Assembly: GCF_006345805.1 (NCBI RefSeq)
Contig: NC_043012.1
Location: 39,928,001-39,992,000, forward strand
Length of the DNA stretch: 64,000 nucleotides
Reading direction: 5' to 3'
Source: Octopus sinensis
Lineage: Eukaryota
Part shown: in pieces, positions 40,477-53,244 of the stretch
Numbering within the stretch: position 1 is the first letter of the stretch
How the letters are laid out: each line of letters opens with the position of its first letter
The notes under the pieces: generated by a model
What the model saw: the letters and a program-made list of their open reading frames with translations, nothing else
The model's database searches: none
What the model was told of the DNA's origin: nothing
Translations under genes and position numbers: made by a program

Positions 40477-40830
40477 TGTGTATAAAGATGTGTGTATCGG
40501 TATAAATAATACATATGCGTGTATGTGTGTCTACGTTTGTGCGTATACGTTTATAAATAGTTGTAAATCTGTATAAATCTGCATATATTTCTTGTAGTAT
40601 TTAAATCCGCAGAATTGCTCAAACTCTACAATATCGTATGTCTGGTCAACTTAGCCATTCAATAAACGGAAATTAATCAATCGAACACAAAACTAAATAC
40701 TTGAGTCGATATATAATTGAATAAAACACCTCAAGGTGGTGTTCCAGAATGGCCGTAGTCCGTTTACCTCATACACATACACTCGCACACATGCGCCGCA
40801 CCACACACGCACGCATATATATGTATAATA

Positions 40831-40866
<36 letters not shown>

Positions 40867-41496
40867 CTGTTCTTGCCTCAGTATGCAGCATATATATATG
40901 TGTGTGTATATATATATATGTGTGTATATATATATATATATATTATATATATATACATATACATATATAAATATATATATACATATACATATATATAATA
41001 TATATATGGTGTGTGGGGTGGTGTGTGTGTGTTGTGTGTATGTATATATGTATACATATATATATACACGCGCGCACACACAAATATATACGGTGTGTTC
41101 ATGTGTTATGTATGTGTATAATAAACGAGAGTGAAAGTAGGAAAGCTATTTTGGTCTTGTGTGACCACAACAGATCAAACTCCATCTGTTTCTATGGTAA
41201 AAGTCTTCGGTTGCTGTGTGGCTGTCATTTAAGCAAAGTTGATAAATCTGTCTGAATGATCACAGAGGCAAAACCTCTGTCTGCTTTCCAGAGAGAAATC
41301 ACTCATAACCTTATCTAAAAATATGTTTTTCGAGAGGGTTGGGCATGGTTGTTTAGAGTGGCGGGGTGGAGATTATAGTGGTTCGGTCTTTGTCTTTTAT
41401 AGTCTATAATACTAGTGCCGCAGATATTTCATTCTTGTTAAATGTCATTGGTTTCCAATTTGGCATTAAATCTTTAAAAGAATTATATTGGAAATC

Positions 41497-41536
<40 letters not shown>

Positions 41537-41612
41537 TTGTGTGTATAGGCGCGCGTACGAGTGAGCGTCCGTGTGTTTGTCGAAATACATACATGTTTAT
41601 ATATATATATTA

Positions 41613-41655
<43 letters not shown>

Positions 41656-41891
41656 CGTACACATATTAATATATATATATGTGTGTATATATACATATAT
41701 ATATATATACACACATATATATACACACACACATATATATATACATATATATACACATATACATAATATATATATATACATATGTGTATATATATATATA
41801 TATGTGTGTGTGTGTGGTGTGTGTGTGTGTGTGTGTGTGTGTTTATATATCATGTATTTGTATATATATATATATAAACTTATGTATATAC

Positions 41892-41922
<31 letters not shown>

Positions 41923-42822
41923 AATATTTATTTATATTCATATATATATATATGCTTATATACATATATTTATATATATGTCTCTATAAACTTTTATATA
42001 TTTACATATACATACATATATATATATATATATAATATATTTATATGTGTGTATTATTTATTATATATACATACATAATATATGTAGTATAAATTTGTGC
42101 CTACATATGTATGTGTGAGTTCGTTTATCCTTTTTTGTGTTTGTTGTATGTGTATAGGGACGGGTGTTTAACACTCCGTTTCAAAAGTTCATGTGTGAGT
42201 GTCAACAAGATGTTGTCGTGTTTGCGCCATTCATAAAGATCTCAAAAAACTGACTCTGCTCTAAGTGGATACTCGAAAGCTACTCCTGACAACTTACTGT
42301 ATACTCTTTCTCGGTTAGGCTGAGGACTTCTCCTAAAAAAGAAATCAACTTCTCTTTAAAAGGCGCGTTCTGCCTAGCTGTTAGGAGATACATGATATTA
42401 CCCCATTGCAGCAATGTCCCTCATATTGTTGTAGCATTATCCCAGATAATGTTGTCGTCGATACCTACACTTCCCAAAGTCACGGTGTTCGTAGTTGGAG
42501 TTTCTTAGGTAATAGGTCTGTCTACGCGACAAGGGTTGACGTGGATACATGACAAGAAACATTGCTAAATGGCCAGAAGGGGAAGGATTTTGCGTGGGGC
42601 AAAGAATATACTTACGAGGTGCTTGGTATAGTGAGGGTGGGTAGGGCAGTGATTCATGAAACATTGGTCCAAACCCTATGACACTTTCGTTTTACATCAT
42701 CTCCTGGGTCGGTAAAGGAACGGATATAATGACGAAATGATTGAGTGAATGAGAGAATGGTTGAAAGTTAGGGAATGACTGGAAATATATATATGTATAT
42801 ATATATGTATATTACATATATA

Positions 42823-42861
<39 letters not shown>

Positions 42862-42879
42862 GCTGGCGATTTTTTTCCT

Positions 42880-43045
42880 CTGTCTTCCCTTCTCGGAATC
42901 TTTCCTTCTCCTATGTTTCCGACGAAGAGCTCCGCTCGAAACGTTAAACCCTCCTTCTTCCTTCTTTTCCTGAGCGTCCAATAATACTTTATTTGTTCCA
43001 CGTCCTCGCGTTGTTGTGTTTTTTTTTTGGTGTTTTCTTGTTTGG
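42880..43045 (+). mobile_element. Short Penelope-associated element with a minimal hammerhead (42915-42949); truncated reverse copy at 46521-46610
   Basis: GTTT-CCGACGA-A-GAGC(tcc)GCTC-GAAA-CG-TT^-AAAC, embedded in (TA)n. The tail recurs inverted at 46521. Confidence 0.65.
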
Positions 43046-44023
43046 ATTAAACTTTATATACATATATACATATACATATTATACATATATATATATATAT
43101 ATAATATATATATATACATATATCATACATTTTCTGTGTAACTGCTCCTACAGTTTTACCCCACTTTCTCCTCCGCTCTCCGTTTTTCCTCTTCCTTTTC
43201 AGCGTATTCCGATGACAAACAAAGATAAAGATGGTAATTTCCAGGCAGAATCTATAGAACATGAATACTTAATCCTCAAAAAGTACCCCCCCCCCCAAAA
43301 AAAAAAGAATCGTTATTATTACAGCTGCCGTTGACAAAAGATGAATGTAAAACAGCATTTTTTTTTTCAAGGAAAAGAAATAACTTAACAAAAGGGTTGT
43401 AGCTGGCTTTCGTGCAAAAATCCCATTTTTCGTTGTTTTAAAAAACTGCTTTAACAATGCAACATGCATTACGGAATATTTCACCTTTTTTTGACAAAAT
43501 TGCAGCAATTTATATTGCAATAAAGTGCATTGGATTAAAATCTATCAATTTGATTCCAGAGCACTTAATCTTGGTAAATTTAATTACGAGTTAATAGAGC
43601 AAAATGCTTTCTGAATAATTAAGAATTATAACAGTTGGTTGATATTTAAATCTTCTCCACCATCCACTTGGATCTCACTATTCCAACGTAATCGTTGTTG
43701 GCTTTTTGCAGGTTATTTTCTTTTTTAATATTTAATAATGGAGGAAAGGATAGTCGATGGTAGAGGTGGGAGGATTTTTAGATGATGCAGCATAGAGTTG
43801 GTGGTGGTGGTGATCTTGTTAATAGTGGCTTTTTTGTTTCATTTTTGAAAGAGGAGTTGCTCGGCCTCTTCTTTTGTATCATTACAACCCTAGGATGAAA
43901 GGATCACACACACATACCTACGCTCTCACTCACACACACACACTTACGCTCACTCACACACATACCTTCACTCACTCGCACACACCTATATTTACAATTG
44001 CATTCACACTCTCTCTGTCTCTA

Positions 44024-44056
<33 letters not shown>

Positions 44057-44480
44057 TTCACTCTCACACACTCACATACAACCATGCACTACGTTTTTTT
44101 TTTCAAGTTTCCAAGTATTCGACGAATGAGATTCACTCCAGCATGGGCGGTGGGTGAAATGCCAGTTCAAATTCCTGGTTGACAACTTGCTCTTCTAATA
44201 TATTTAGATGAAGACTTGGGGCCCAGAGAAGACCATTTCTTCCCGCTTCTTAAATATACTCCTTTTAAGTTATTTTCTTCCCTGATTATTCATCTTTATT
44301 GTCGATGTTTAACCCTTGGTCAGTCCTGATCAAACAGACATACAATCAAAGACGTTCCAATCCTGACCAATGTATCGAAAATGTCCTTTAGTGTATGACG
44401 GGATTTTCGATAAATTTGGCTGTTATTTCTAACGCTCTCATTGACCGTCTACGGGTCACTCCATTTTTCAGTCAATATTG

Positions 44481-44865
44481 AGGCGGCGAGCTGGCAGAAA
44501 CGTTAGCACGCCGGGCGAAATGCGTAGCCGTATTTCGTCTGCCGTTACGTTCTGAGTTCAAATTCCGCCGAGGTCGACTTTGCCTTTCATCCTTTCGGGG
44601 TCGATTAAATAAGTACCAGTTACGCACTGGGGTCGATGTAATCGACTTAATCCGTTTGTGTGTCCTTGTTCGTCCTCTCTGTGTTTAGCCCCTTGTGGGT
44701 AGTAAAGAAATAGGTATTTCATCTGTCTTTACGTTCTGAGTTCAAATCCCGCCGAGGTCGACTTTGCCTTTCATCCTCTCGGGATCGATAAATTTAGTAT
44801 CAGTTGTGTACTGGGGTAGATCCAGTCGACTGGCCCCCTCCCCCAAAATTTCGAACCTAGAAAAG
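44481..44865 (+). mobile_element. SINE family C, full length with an internally duplicated central block
   Basis: TATTTC.TCTG...GTTCTGAGTTCAAAT.CCGCCGAGGTCGACTTTGCCTTTCATCC occurs twice (about 44531 and 44715). Confidence 0.92.
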
Positions 44866-45794
44866 AATATTCTTGTTGTTCATGTTGCTTAATTTTAAAG
44901 GTAGTTGAGTGCGCTGTGAGTGTCATTTAGTTGCAGTTTCTATCAGGTCGCATGACCACACTAAGCATTTCTGTCCCTCAGTGGTTCGTCAGATTGGATA
45001 AATGGCAGCATCCCTCTGCGGAAATAAGGCCCCAGATTTATCCTTTCTTGTCATAAGATAGCTTTAGAATTTCTAAATAAAAAAACCCGGAGGAGAACAT
45101 AAAATAATGTAAAACAAAGTATGTTTAAAAACTTGGTGGTTACGGCTAGAATGTTTTTGATCCTAGATCTCGACTCGAACTAAACAGCAACTGCAACTTA
45201 TAATGAATTTCAGGCGAAACCAAAGACAACATTGACATGTATACTTTTCTATTTTCATTTTTGCATTTTCTTTTATTTTTGTTCGTCTTTCTGTGTATAG
45301 AATTCGTTATAAAAAGATTGGTACAGCCGAAAATGAAAGAAAGTGTAAGGAATGAGATGATATTAGCTCGAAAATATATAAGCTTTCATTCAGAAAAAAT
45401 GCCGTGTTTTGACTGGAAGGAATTTACGAAGCAGGAACTCTATCAATATATAAAAATGTTCTTTGCTACAAACGTGTCACGTAATACGGGAAGCTGCTAA
45501 AATGTGATGCGGTGAAATTACTTATTTATGAGAATGTTCTCCGCTACATTCGTTGCATGTGCCGCGGGCAGTTTGTAAAATCATTCCATTTTGTAATTTA
45601 CATTTCAGTAGAGAGAAAAGGGTGCAACATCAAAATGAAATCTAATGAAGACTGGAATCTGTCTCGGTTTGAATAAATGAATGAATATCAAGCGAAGTAA
45701 ATCGCCATTCAGTGCTGCATATCTCATGCCTATGTGCTCAATGCAATATGTGATAAAAAAGACATAGAGACAAGTGTTTTGAGCGAGATATACA

Positions 45795-46292
45795 CGTGTG
45801 TGTCCCACCACCACCACTTGACAACCAGGTGTTGGTGTGTTTACATCCCCGTAGATTAGCGGTTCGGCAAAAGTGAACAAAAGAATAAATACCAGGCTTG
45901 GTAAAATAAAAGTCCTGGGGTCGATTCAGTTGACTAAAATTCTTCAAAGTGGTGCCCCAGCACGGCCGCACTCTAATGATTGAAACAAGTAATAGAATAA
46001 AAGAAGATATATATTGTGAAGGCGTGTGGCTTGGTGAGTTCAATTCCCGGCGGTGCGTTGTGTCCTCGAGCAAGACACTTTATTTCACGTTGCTTCAGTC
46101 CACTCAGCTGGCAAAAATGAGTTATACCTTTAATTGAAAGGGGCCAGCCTTGTCACACTCAGTGTGACGCTGAATCTACACCAAAGGTACATGTGTCTGT
46201 GGAGTGCACAGCCACTTGCTCGTTAATTTCACGAGCAGGCTGTTCCGTTGACCGTATCAGCTGGGACACTCGTCGTCGTAACAGACGGAGTG
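45795..46292 (+). mobile_element. SINE A 3' half (45795-46005) followed directly by SINE B (46020-46292)
   Basis: Matches to the other copies in the window. Confidence 0.88.
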
Positions 46293-46481
46293 CTTTCTAT
46301 TTTTTTGTACATATCTAGTTCCTTAGATCAAAGTGTAATTCAGATCTCATAGATCTGTTTCGAAATACTTGCCTTTCACCAGAGAAAATGACCCACATTC
46401 CCTCGGCAACCCAGAGAACTTCGAATTTATATTGGTATACACACACACACGCACGCACATATATATATATGTGCACACACA

Positions 46482-46525
<44 letters not shown>

Positions 46526-46909
46526 ATCCAAACAAGAAAACACAAAATAACACAACAACGCGAGGACGTGGAATAAATATAGTATTATTGGACGCTCAGG
46601 AAAGAAGGAAATACATATATATATCTATATAAAAATGCATATGTACATATATATATATATGCATATATATATATGTATATATGTACATATATATGCATAT
46701 GTACATATATATATGCACATATATATATATGTACATATATATATATGTATATATGTATATATATATGTACATATATGTATATATATAGATATAGATATAT
46801 ATGTATGTGTATATATATGTATATATAAATATATATATATATGTACATATATATACGTATGTATATATGTACATATATATGTATGTATATGTATATGTAA
46901 ATGTATATG

Positions 46910-46962
<53 letters not shown>

Positions 46963-47370
46963 CAGTATCCTATCAGGATATAATAATTATATTATTGATA
47001 GCTGATTTGTATATAACATATAGGTCACCCATGTAGCAAATTAAAGAACATATATATATTGAGGGTTCTGTGTGTGTGTGTGTGTTAGCATGTTCATTTG
47101 TATACAGAACACGTCATAATTCTGAATACCTGAAACCAGTATAATGTAGATAACTCTACAATTATTTGTATCTGCAGCTGTGGGGATTGAGAGGATTTGA
47201 AGATACATTAATGTTCTCTGAAGGAACAGGAAAATAGTTCGAAAGAATTACTTATATATATATATTTATATATAATATATTATTATATATATATATATGT
47301 GTGGAGAGTGAGTGAGTGAGAGATAGAGAGAGATAAGAGGAGAGAAGAGAGGTGGGGAGAGAGTATATAG

Positions 47371-47422
<52 letters not shown>

Positions 47423-47429
47423 CAGAGAG

Positions 47430-47533
<104 letters not shown>

Positions 47534-48921
47534 CGACTGATTGAGTGATTGAAATTTCCTCGTAATTTCCTGAAAACATATATTTAGTAATTTACAAAGA
47601 ACTGAGTAGAAAATGTCAAGAAATAGCAAATTCTTGCAGTTAATTTCCAAGCTGCAAGACACGAGCAGCCTAGTCTTTGTGCGCAGGCACAGAACTACAA
47701 TGCTGACGGATTCGGGTCTGATAGATGTTATCTTCATAGTAGAATCTAACAGAACCTGTAGCTCAGTGATAAGTTATCTTACATATGCAGAAATTTGTGT
47801 ATATCAATGGTTGGAATAATCGATCAATACAACACTGACCTTTCACAAGTATGGGAATCCCCTTTGTGGTTGCGAGATATATAAGAAATAGAAGCCAAGC
47901 ATTCCTGAATCACACACTACTGTCTTTAAAAAAAGAACAACATAATGGACAGTCTCGCCCCTGATATGTAAGGTCGGAATGGTCATAGACGGGGCTCTTT
48001 AACCATTGGTTAGCTCGATTTAAGTTGCAGTGGATTGGCAGAATGCCTAGAGTGTCGTAAAATTAAAAAGAAAACCTTTGGTATTTTGAATTAGCCCTTC
48101 TGAGTTCAAATCTCGCTAACGCCAACTTTGTTTTTATTCATCGAGGATTTGATAAAACGAAGTATCGGTCAAGGATTAAAAGGTTCATTTTAATATTCCT
48201 ACAGCATATTTTACATTTGAAGGGAGCTATAAGCGACAAGAGACCTTCGTTGATCTAGCAATAAACAACAGTTACATCAATACCAGATGTATACGGGGGT
48301 AGAGTTCAGTTGACTATATTTCTTTACTCCCATACAAATATTTGGCTTTCCATCAAAGACTAAAAATCGATATATCTATATTTATATATATTTCAAGGTT
48401 TACTTCAGATCATCAATAACCTACATTAAAGCTGATCGATAATTAAGTTCTTTGATCTCCAGTTACTTGTTCATACACCTTTTTTTTTTCTTTTTGTTAC
48501 TGTATGTATGTGTCTATATATGAGGGTGTGTATATGTAGATGTGTATGTGCGTAAAATGAGAGAGGATGGAGATACAAATATGTATTCATATATATGTAT
48601 ACACCCACATACATGTATATGTATGTAACGTATGTAACAATATACACACACACATATGCGCGCGCGCACATATATGCATGCGTATGTATTTATATTGACG
48701 TTTTTCTTTTTATTTATCATACAAACATTAACTGAATGAGGAACTCTACTCATGAGTGAGAGTAAAAAAAAATTGAAATTTTAGAAAGGTCGCCATGACT
48801 TCTAAGTTTCAACATGTTCTGTTTTTCAAAATGTGGTGGAAGAAATGCCACATGTTAGAGAAATTGTAATCTATGGAGTAGAATTAGGGATGAAAAATAA
48901 ATTGGCTCTATGTCAGTTACA

Positions 48922-49200
48922 ACGCTGACCGTTCCAGCTGATCCGATCAATGGAACGGCTTGCTCGTAAAATTAACCTTCAAGTGGCTGAGTACACCACA
49001 GACATGCGTGCCCTTAATGTAGTTCTCCTGGAGATTCAGCGTGACACAGAATGTAAGAAGGCTGACCCTTTGCATTATAGGCACAACTCATTTTTGATAG
49101 CCGAGTGGAGTGGAGTGTCTTGCCCAAAGGCACAATGCTCCGCCGGAAGTTGAACTCATGACCTTCCACCCGTGAACCACATACCCTAAACACTTAGCTA
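48922..49200 (-). mobile_element. SINE family B, diverged
   Basis: Colinear with 36475-36780. Confidence 0.8.
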
Positions 49201-49456
49201 CATTCCTTCGATACAATTAGGGGTGGAAAGCAAATGAAAACCCAATAGAACTGACGAGAGTGGTGTCATGTTCAGGACATAGCTCTTGAATGGCGAAAGG
49301 ATCGGATATAATGCCATATCGGGTGGAATTGGATGGAAGATGGGTGTGAATGAGGCAAGTTTGAAATAATCGAGATTCTCAATTATATTTGGGAGATTCT
49401 GAAACAATAGAAATAATATATTTCTAAATCTCTGAGAGAGATTTATGCAGTAGCAG

Positions 49457-49724
49457 CACGATAAAGTGATGGTATGTTGTCAACTTAATGTGACAGTCCC
49501 ATGAAAGGGAAGAATGCTACTGTTATTTAGTCCCAGGAAGCACCGTTTCCAGTTGGACTTGACACATTTCCTGTGTCCCTTATGTTTTCAAAGTGGAAAA
49601 CAAGGACACAGGAAATGTGTCATGGCCAACTGGAAACGGCGTTTCCTGGGGCTAAATAACAGTAGTATTCTTCCCTTTCATGGGACTGTCACATTAAGTT
49701 GACAACATGCTTCACTTTATTCTG
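49457..49724. repeat. Long near-perfect palindrome (fold-back MITE-like)
   Basis: Arms of about 130 bp around a 6-nt loop AAAGTG (49590-49595); about 8 differences in the inner 115 bp. Confidence 0.95.
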
Positions 49725-49994
49725 AAACAAGTTCGTTAAATTTAAAATTTAAAAGTTGTTGCATTGAAGTGTTTTCAAGAAAAATTAGGGGTTTCGAGAT
49801 GTGAAATCCTTTCAAGAGGGAGTCACGAAATGGGTAGACTCTTTGACCTTTTCTCCATCCCAGGGGCTTTTAACTCCAAATATTACACGCTGTTATAATG
49901 ATTGACATCTTGAGATTCATCCTTACGATGATTGATTAATAAATCTTATTAGGAAAATTGATTTTTACGAAGTTAGGGTGCAGCTAGTTAAACA

Positions 49995-50590
49995 ATATTC
50001 TTGTATGTGCACCCGTGCATGTCTGCACCCGTGCATGTGTGCATATGTGTATGTATGCATATGTGCACGTCTCTGCATATATGTTTACGTGCATGAGTGT
50101 TTGTGTGTACGTCTGTGCATGTGTACGAGCATAGGTGTATGTGTGTGTGTGTCCGCCTGTGCGCATTTGCGTATATATGTGTATGTGCTTCTACGGGTAC
50201 ATGTATGTGTGTATGTGCACTTGTGCATGTGTAATTATATAGAACTTCATATGCGTCTGTGCATATGCGTGTATGGGTATGTGTGCGTCTGCGCATGCTT
50301 GTACGTGAGTGTGTATGCATCTGTACGTATGTGTGTGTATGTGCGCGTTCGTGCTTGTGTGTGTACGTGTCTGTGCGTATTTGTGTGCATGTGTGCGTTA
50401 GTGCGTGTGTTTGTACTTGCATATGTATGTGCACAATATTTGTGTATGAGTGCATTTGCGTCATTGAGCGTATGTATGTAAAAGTGAATATGTGCGTCTG
50501 TATAAGTGTATGCATTTGTACATATATGCACCTATGCGTGTGTTGCCTCTGTGCATTTGCATGTGTGTGTCTGTGCATTTATGTAATTGA
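49995..50590. repeat. Degenerate alternating purine-pyrimidine tract (TGCA/TGTG/TGTA)
   Basis: Direct reading. Confidence 0.9.
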
Positions 50591-51362
50591 ATACACGACT
50601 GTGTTCTCGATTTATCTTTTCTGACAATGTCTGTCATCTTTTCGTATGAATTCCTTACAGTTCGTTTGTAGTCGTAAACTTACGAAATCTGTCATCAAAT
50701 TTTCGAGATCTTTCTATTTCATCTCCAGGATGAATTGATGATGTTGGGTGGTAGCGTATGTTCCTGCCTCTTTGGAGCAGGCAGAATCAATATGATTTAT
50801 CTAGGCACTACCACAGAAATATTACCTTTCACTGTTAGATTTACAAGTCAATATAATGTTGAAGATTCAAATTCTTGCGATAAAGTCTACACCAATCCCC
50901 TTGACATTGTTATAATTTGGATGGGTTATTGTGCTAATAAAACACACGTACGTGTTATGTTCCATTACTGTTTCATTATAAATTGGTTTGTGAAACTCCT
51001 TTCACCACACCGATGACGTGTTTCTCTTGCACTTACCATACACACGCGCGCGCGTGTGCGCATAGTTTATACATTATGAATATCCCAAACATAGAAATAT
51101 TCCTCCTTACATTTCGAGAAGCAAGCACGGAGTAATTATGCGTGGGATACATCGTCGGTAAGGTCAGAGGGTGCGACGAACGGTTTTTGAGAAACCAATC
51201 AATTAATAAATTGGATAATTGATAAGGAAGAAGCGAAGCAGAAAGGCCCACCCAAAAGAACAACAGGGTATCTCTTTCAAGATACCGTTCCACATCAATA
51301 GATTTGTGAAAGTATTGCACAAGTACAATAATTATAGAAACACACATCGTCTGTTGTTCACC

Positions 51363-51776
51363 ATTTCCTTGTTTCAGTCATTGGTCTGCGGCCATGCTGG
51401 GGCAGTGCTTTGAAGGGTTTGGTCGAACAAATCAACCCCAATATTTATTCGCTTAAGCCTAGTACTTATGCTATCGAACTGTTTGATGAACTGCTAAGTT
51501 ACGGGGAGTAAAGAAACTGACACAGGTTATCAAGAGCTGGTGGAGGAAAACACACACATACACACACACACATATATATATATACACATACATGCATACC
51601 TACATACCTAAACGCAATGAGCTTCTTTCAGTTTCTGTCGCTCTACCAAATCCACTCACAAGACCTTGCCTGACCTACGGCTATAATAAAAGATAGTTGA
51701 CAAAAGTGCCACGCAGTGACACTGAACCCAAGTCCACATGGTTGGTAACCAAGCTTCTAAATCACACACAGCCACC
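51363..51776 (-). mobile_element. SINE family A, reverse orientation
   Basis: Both halves present in reverse complement. Confidence 0.85.
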
Positions 51777-51922
51777 TCTACGCCGATAAAAAAAAATGAT
51801 TGCGTTCCCATGCCAGGTATCGAAATCAGGCCGTCTGGGTAAAAGCTAGAAATATTTATTACCAGACACGCTCGCGCACACACACACACACACACACACA
51901 CATACATACATACATACATACA

Positions 51923-51954
<32 letters not shown>

Positions 51955-51963
51955 ACTATATAC

Positions 51964-52005
<42 letters not shown>

Positions 52006-52009
<4 letters not shown>

Positions 52010-53002
52010 GGTATGTAGAAAAATACAACATGGACAAGAACGTATAACTCTTAGAAGACGATACAATAAACATGGACAGGACATTCGAAACCCTCAGTCT
52101 TCAGTCAAGAACCGGTCATCGTAGTAATTTCGGCTGATTAATCTTGAGATTACTAGATCACGGCCAGCCCTCCAAGAAAAACTAAGCAACGAGCATTAGA
52201 AAAACTAAGCTGGAAGCGTAGATTTCCTGGAAGAAGGATCGAATGCATACGAACACCAGGACAGCAAAAGGGACAGATATAAAAAAAAACAAAAAACAAT
52301 AATGGAATACAGAAACATGAAATACAGAAGCATTAACGGTGAAAACAACAAGTGTCTTACGACTGATAACAAGCAAACAAATTTTTTCTCTGGCGCATTG
52401 GAAGAAGCCTTTATAGCGGCGGACGAAAAACAACGATGTTAACACGACGAGGGTCAGGAGCTGAAAGGCAGATTTCGGCCACATCACGTGACAGAGAAGA
52501 GGGAAAAGAAAGAAGAGAAGCAAAGGAAGAGAGAGAGAGGAGAGAGAGAGAGGAGGGACAAACGCAACAAAGAGAGAGAAGAGAGAGAAGAAGGAATCAG
52601 AGAGGAGAAGGGATGGTGTCGAAGAATGACCTGTGAGTGCAGAGCGAGACAAAGAAATAGGAGGGTAGTGGAAGACTAGACCAAAGAATCAGAGGAAAGA
52701 GAAGAGAAAAAGAGGATGAGTAGAGAGAAAAGAGAGAGAGGGGGACAGATCAAGTAAAAATGAGAGAGAGAGAGAGACAAACAGAGAATCGTACCAATTA
52801 TTAAGAATATGTGCTCACATTAATGTTAAGGTGGGTACGGGGCGCCTGGAATATATGTTAAGGTATGTAGAAAAATACAACATGGACAAGAACGTATAAC
52901 TCTTAGAAGACGATACAATAAACATGGACAGGACATTCGAAACCCTCAGTCTTCAGTCAAGAACCGGATCATCGTAGTAATTTCGGCTGATTAATCTTGA
53001 GA
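52006..53002 (-). mobile_element. Non-coding element with 144-bp terminal direct repeats 852 bp apart (retrozyme/pLTR-like)
   Basis: 52006-52149 and 52858-53002 differ by one indel. The interior is non-coding with a GA-rich tract, and the element abuts (TA)n. Confidence 0.8.
52091..52155 (-). ncRNA. Candidate permuted (pseudoknotted) hammerhead-like ribozyme
   Basis: Minus strand TAGTAAT-C^-TCAAGA-ttaa-TCAGCC-GAA-ATTACTA-(11 nt)-TCTTGA-CTGAAGA-CTGA-GGG. Confidence 0.5.
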
Positions 53003-53244
53003 ATATGAGGAAAGTAAGAAAAAAGCGAAAATGCACATTGGGTATAAAACAAAATAAATACAACTCTTCACGAAGACCAAATCCTCTACCCACAATACAG
53101 ACAGTTACAGGTGGGTGAACACATAGAAGAGTGTGCTAGGAACCTTAATCCTAACCTTCAAATTTTCCCTTTATACCAATGTTCACAGAACACCTCAGTT
53201 CAGCAAAGAATGAATAAAGAAGCAACACATAACCCTATTTATCT

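Noticed and set aside
42230-42760. Possible RT fragment (minus-strand GIDDNIIW)
   Set aside because: The flanking RT motifs could not be found in any frame, so it is left unassigned.
50735-51016. 93-aa ORF
   Set aside because: No recognisable domain; the length is within chance expectation for a 64-kb window.
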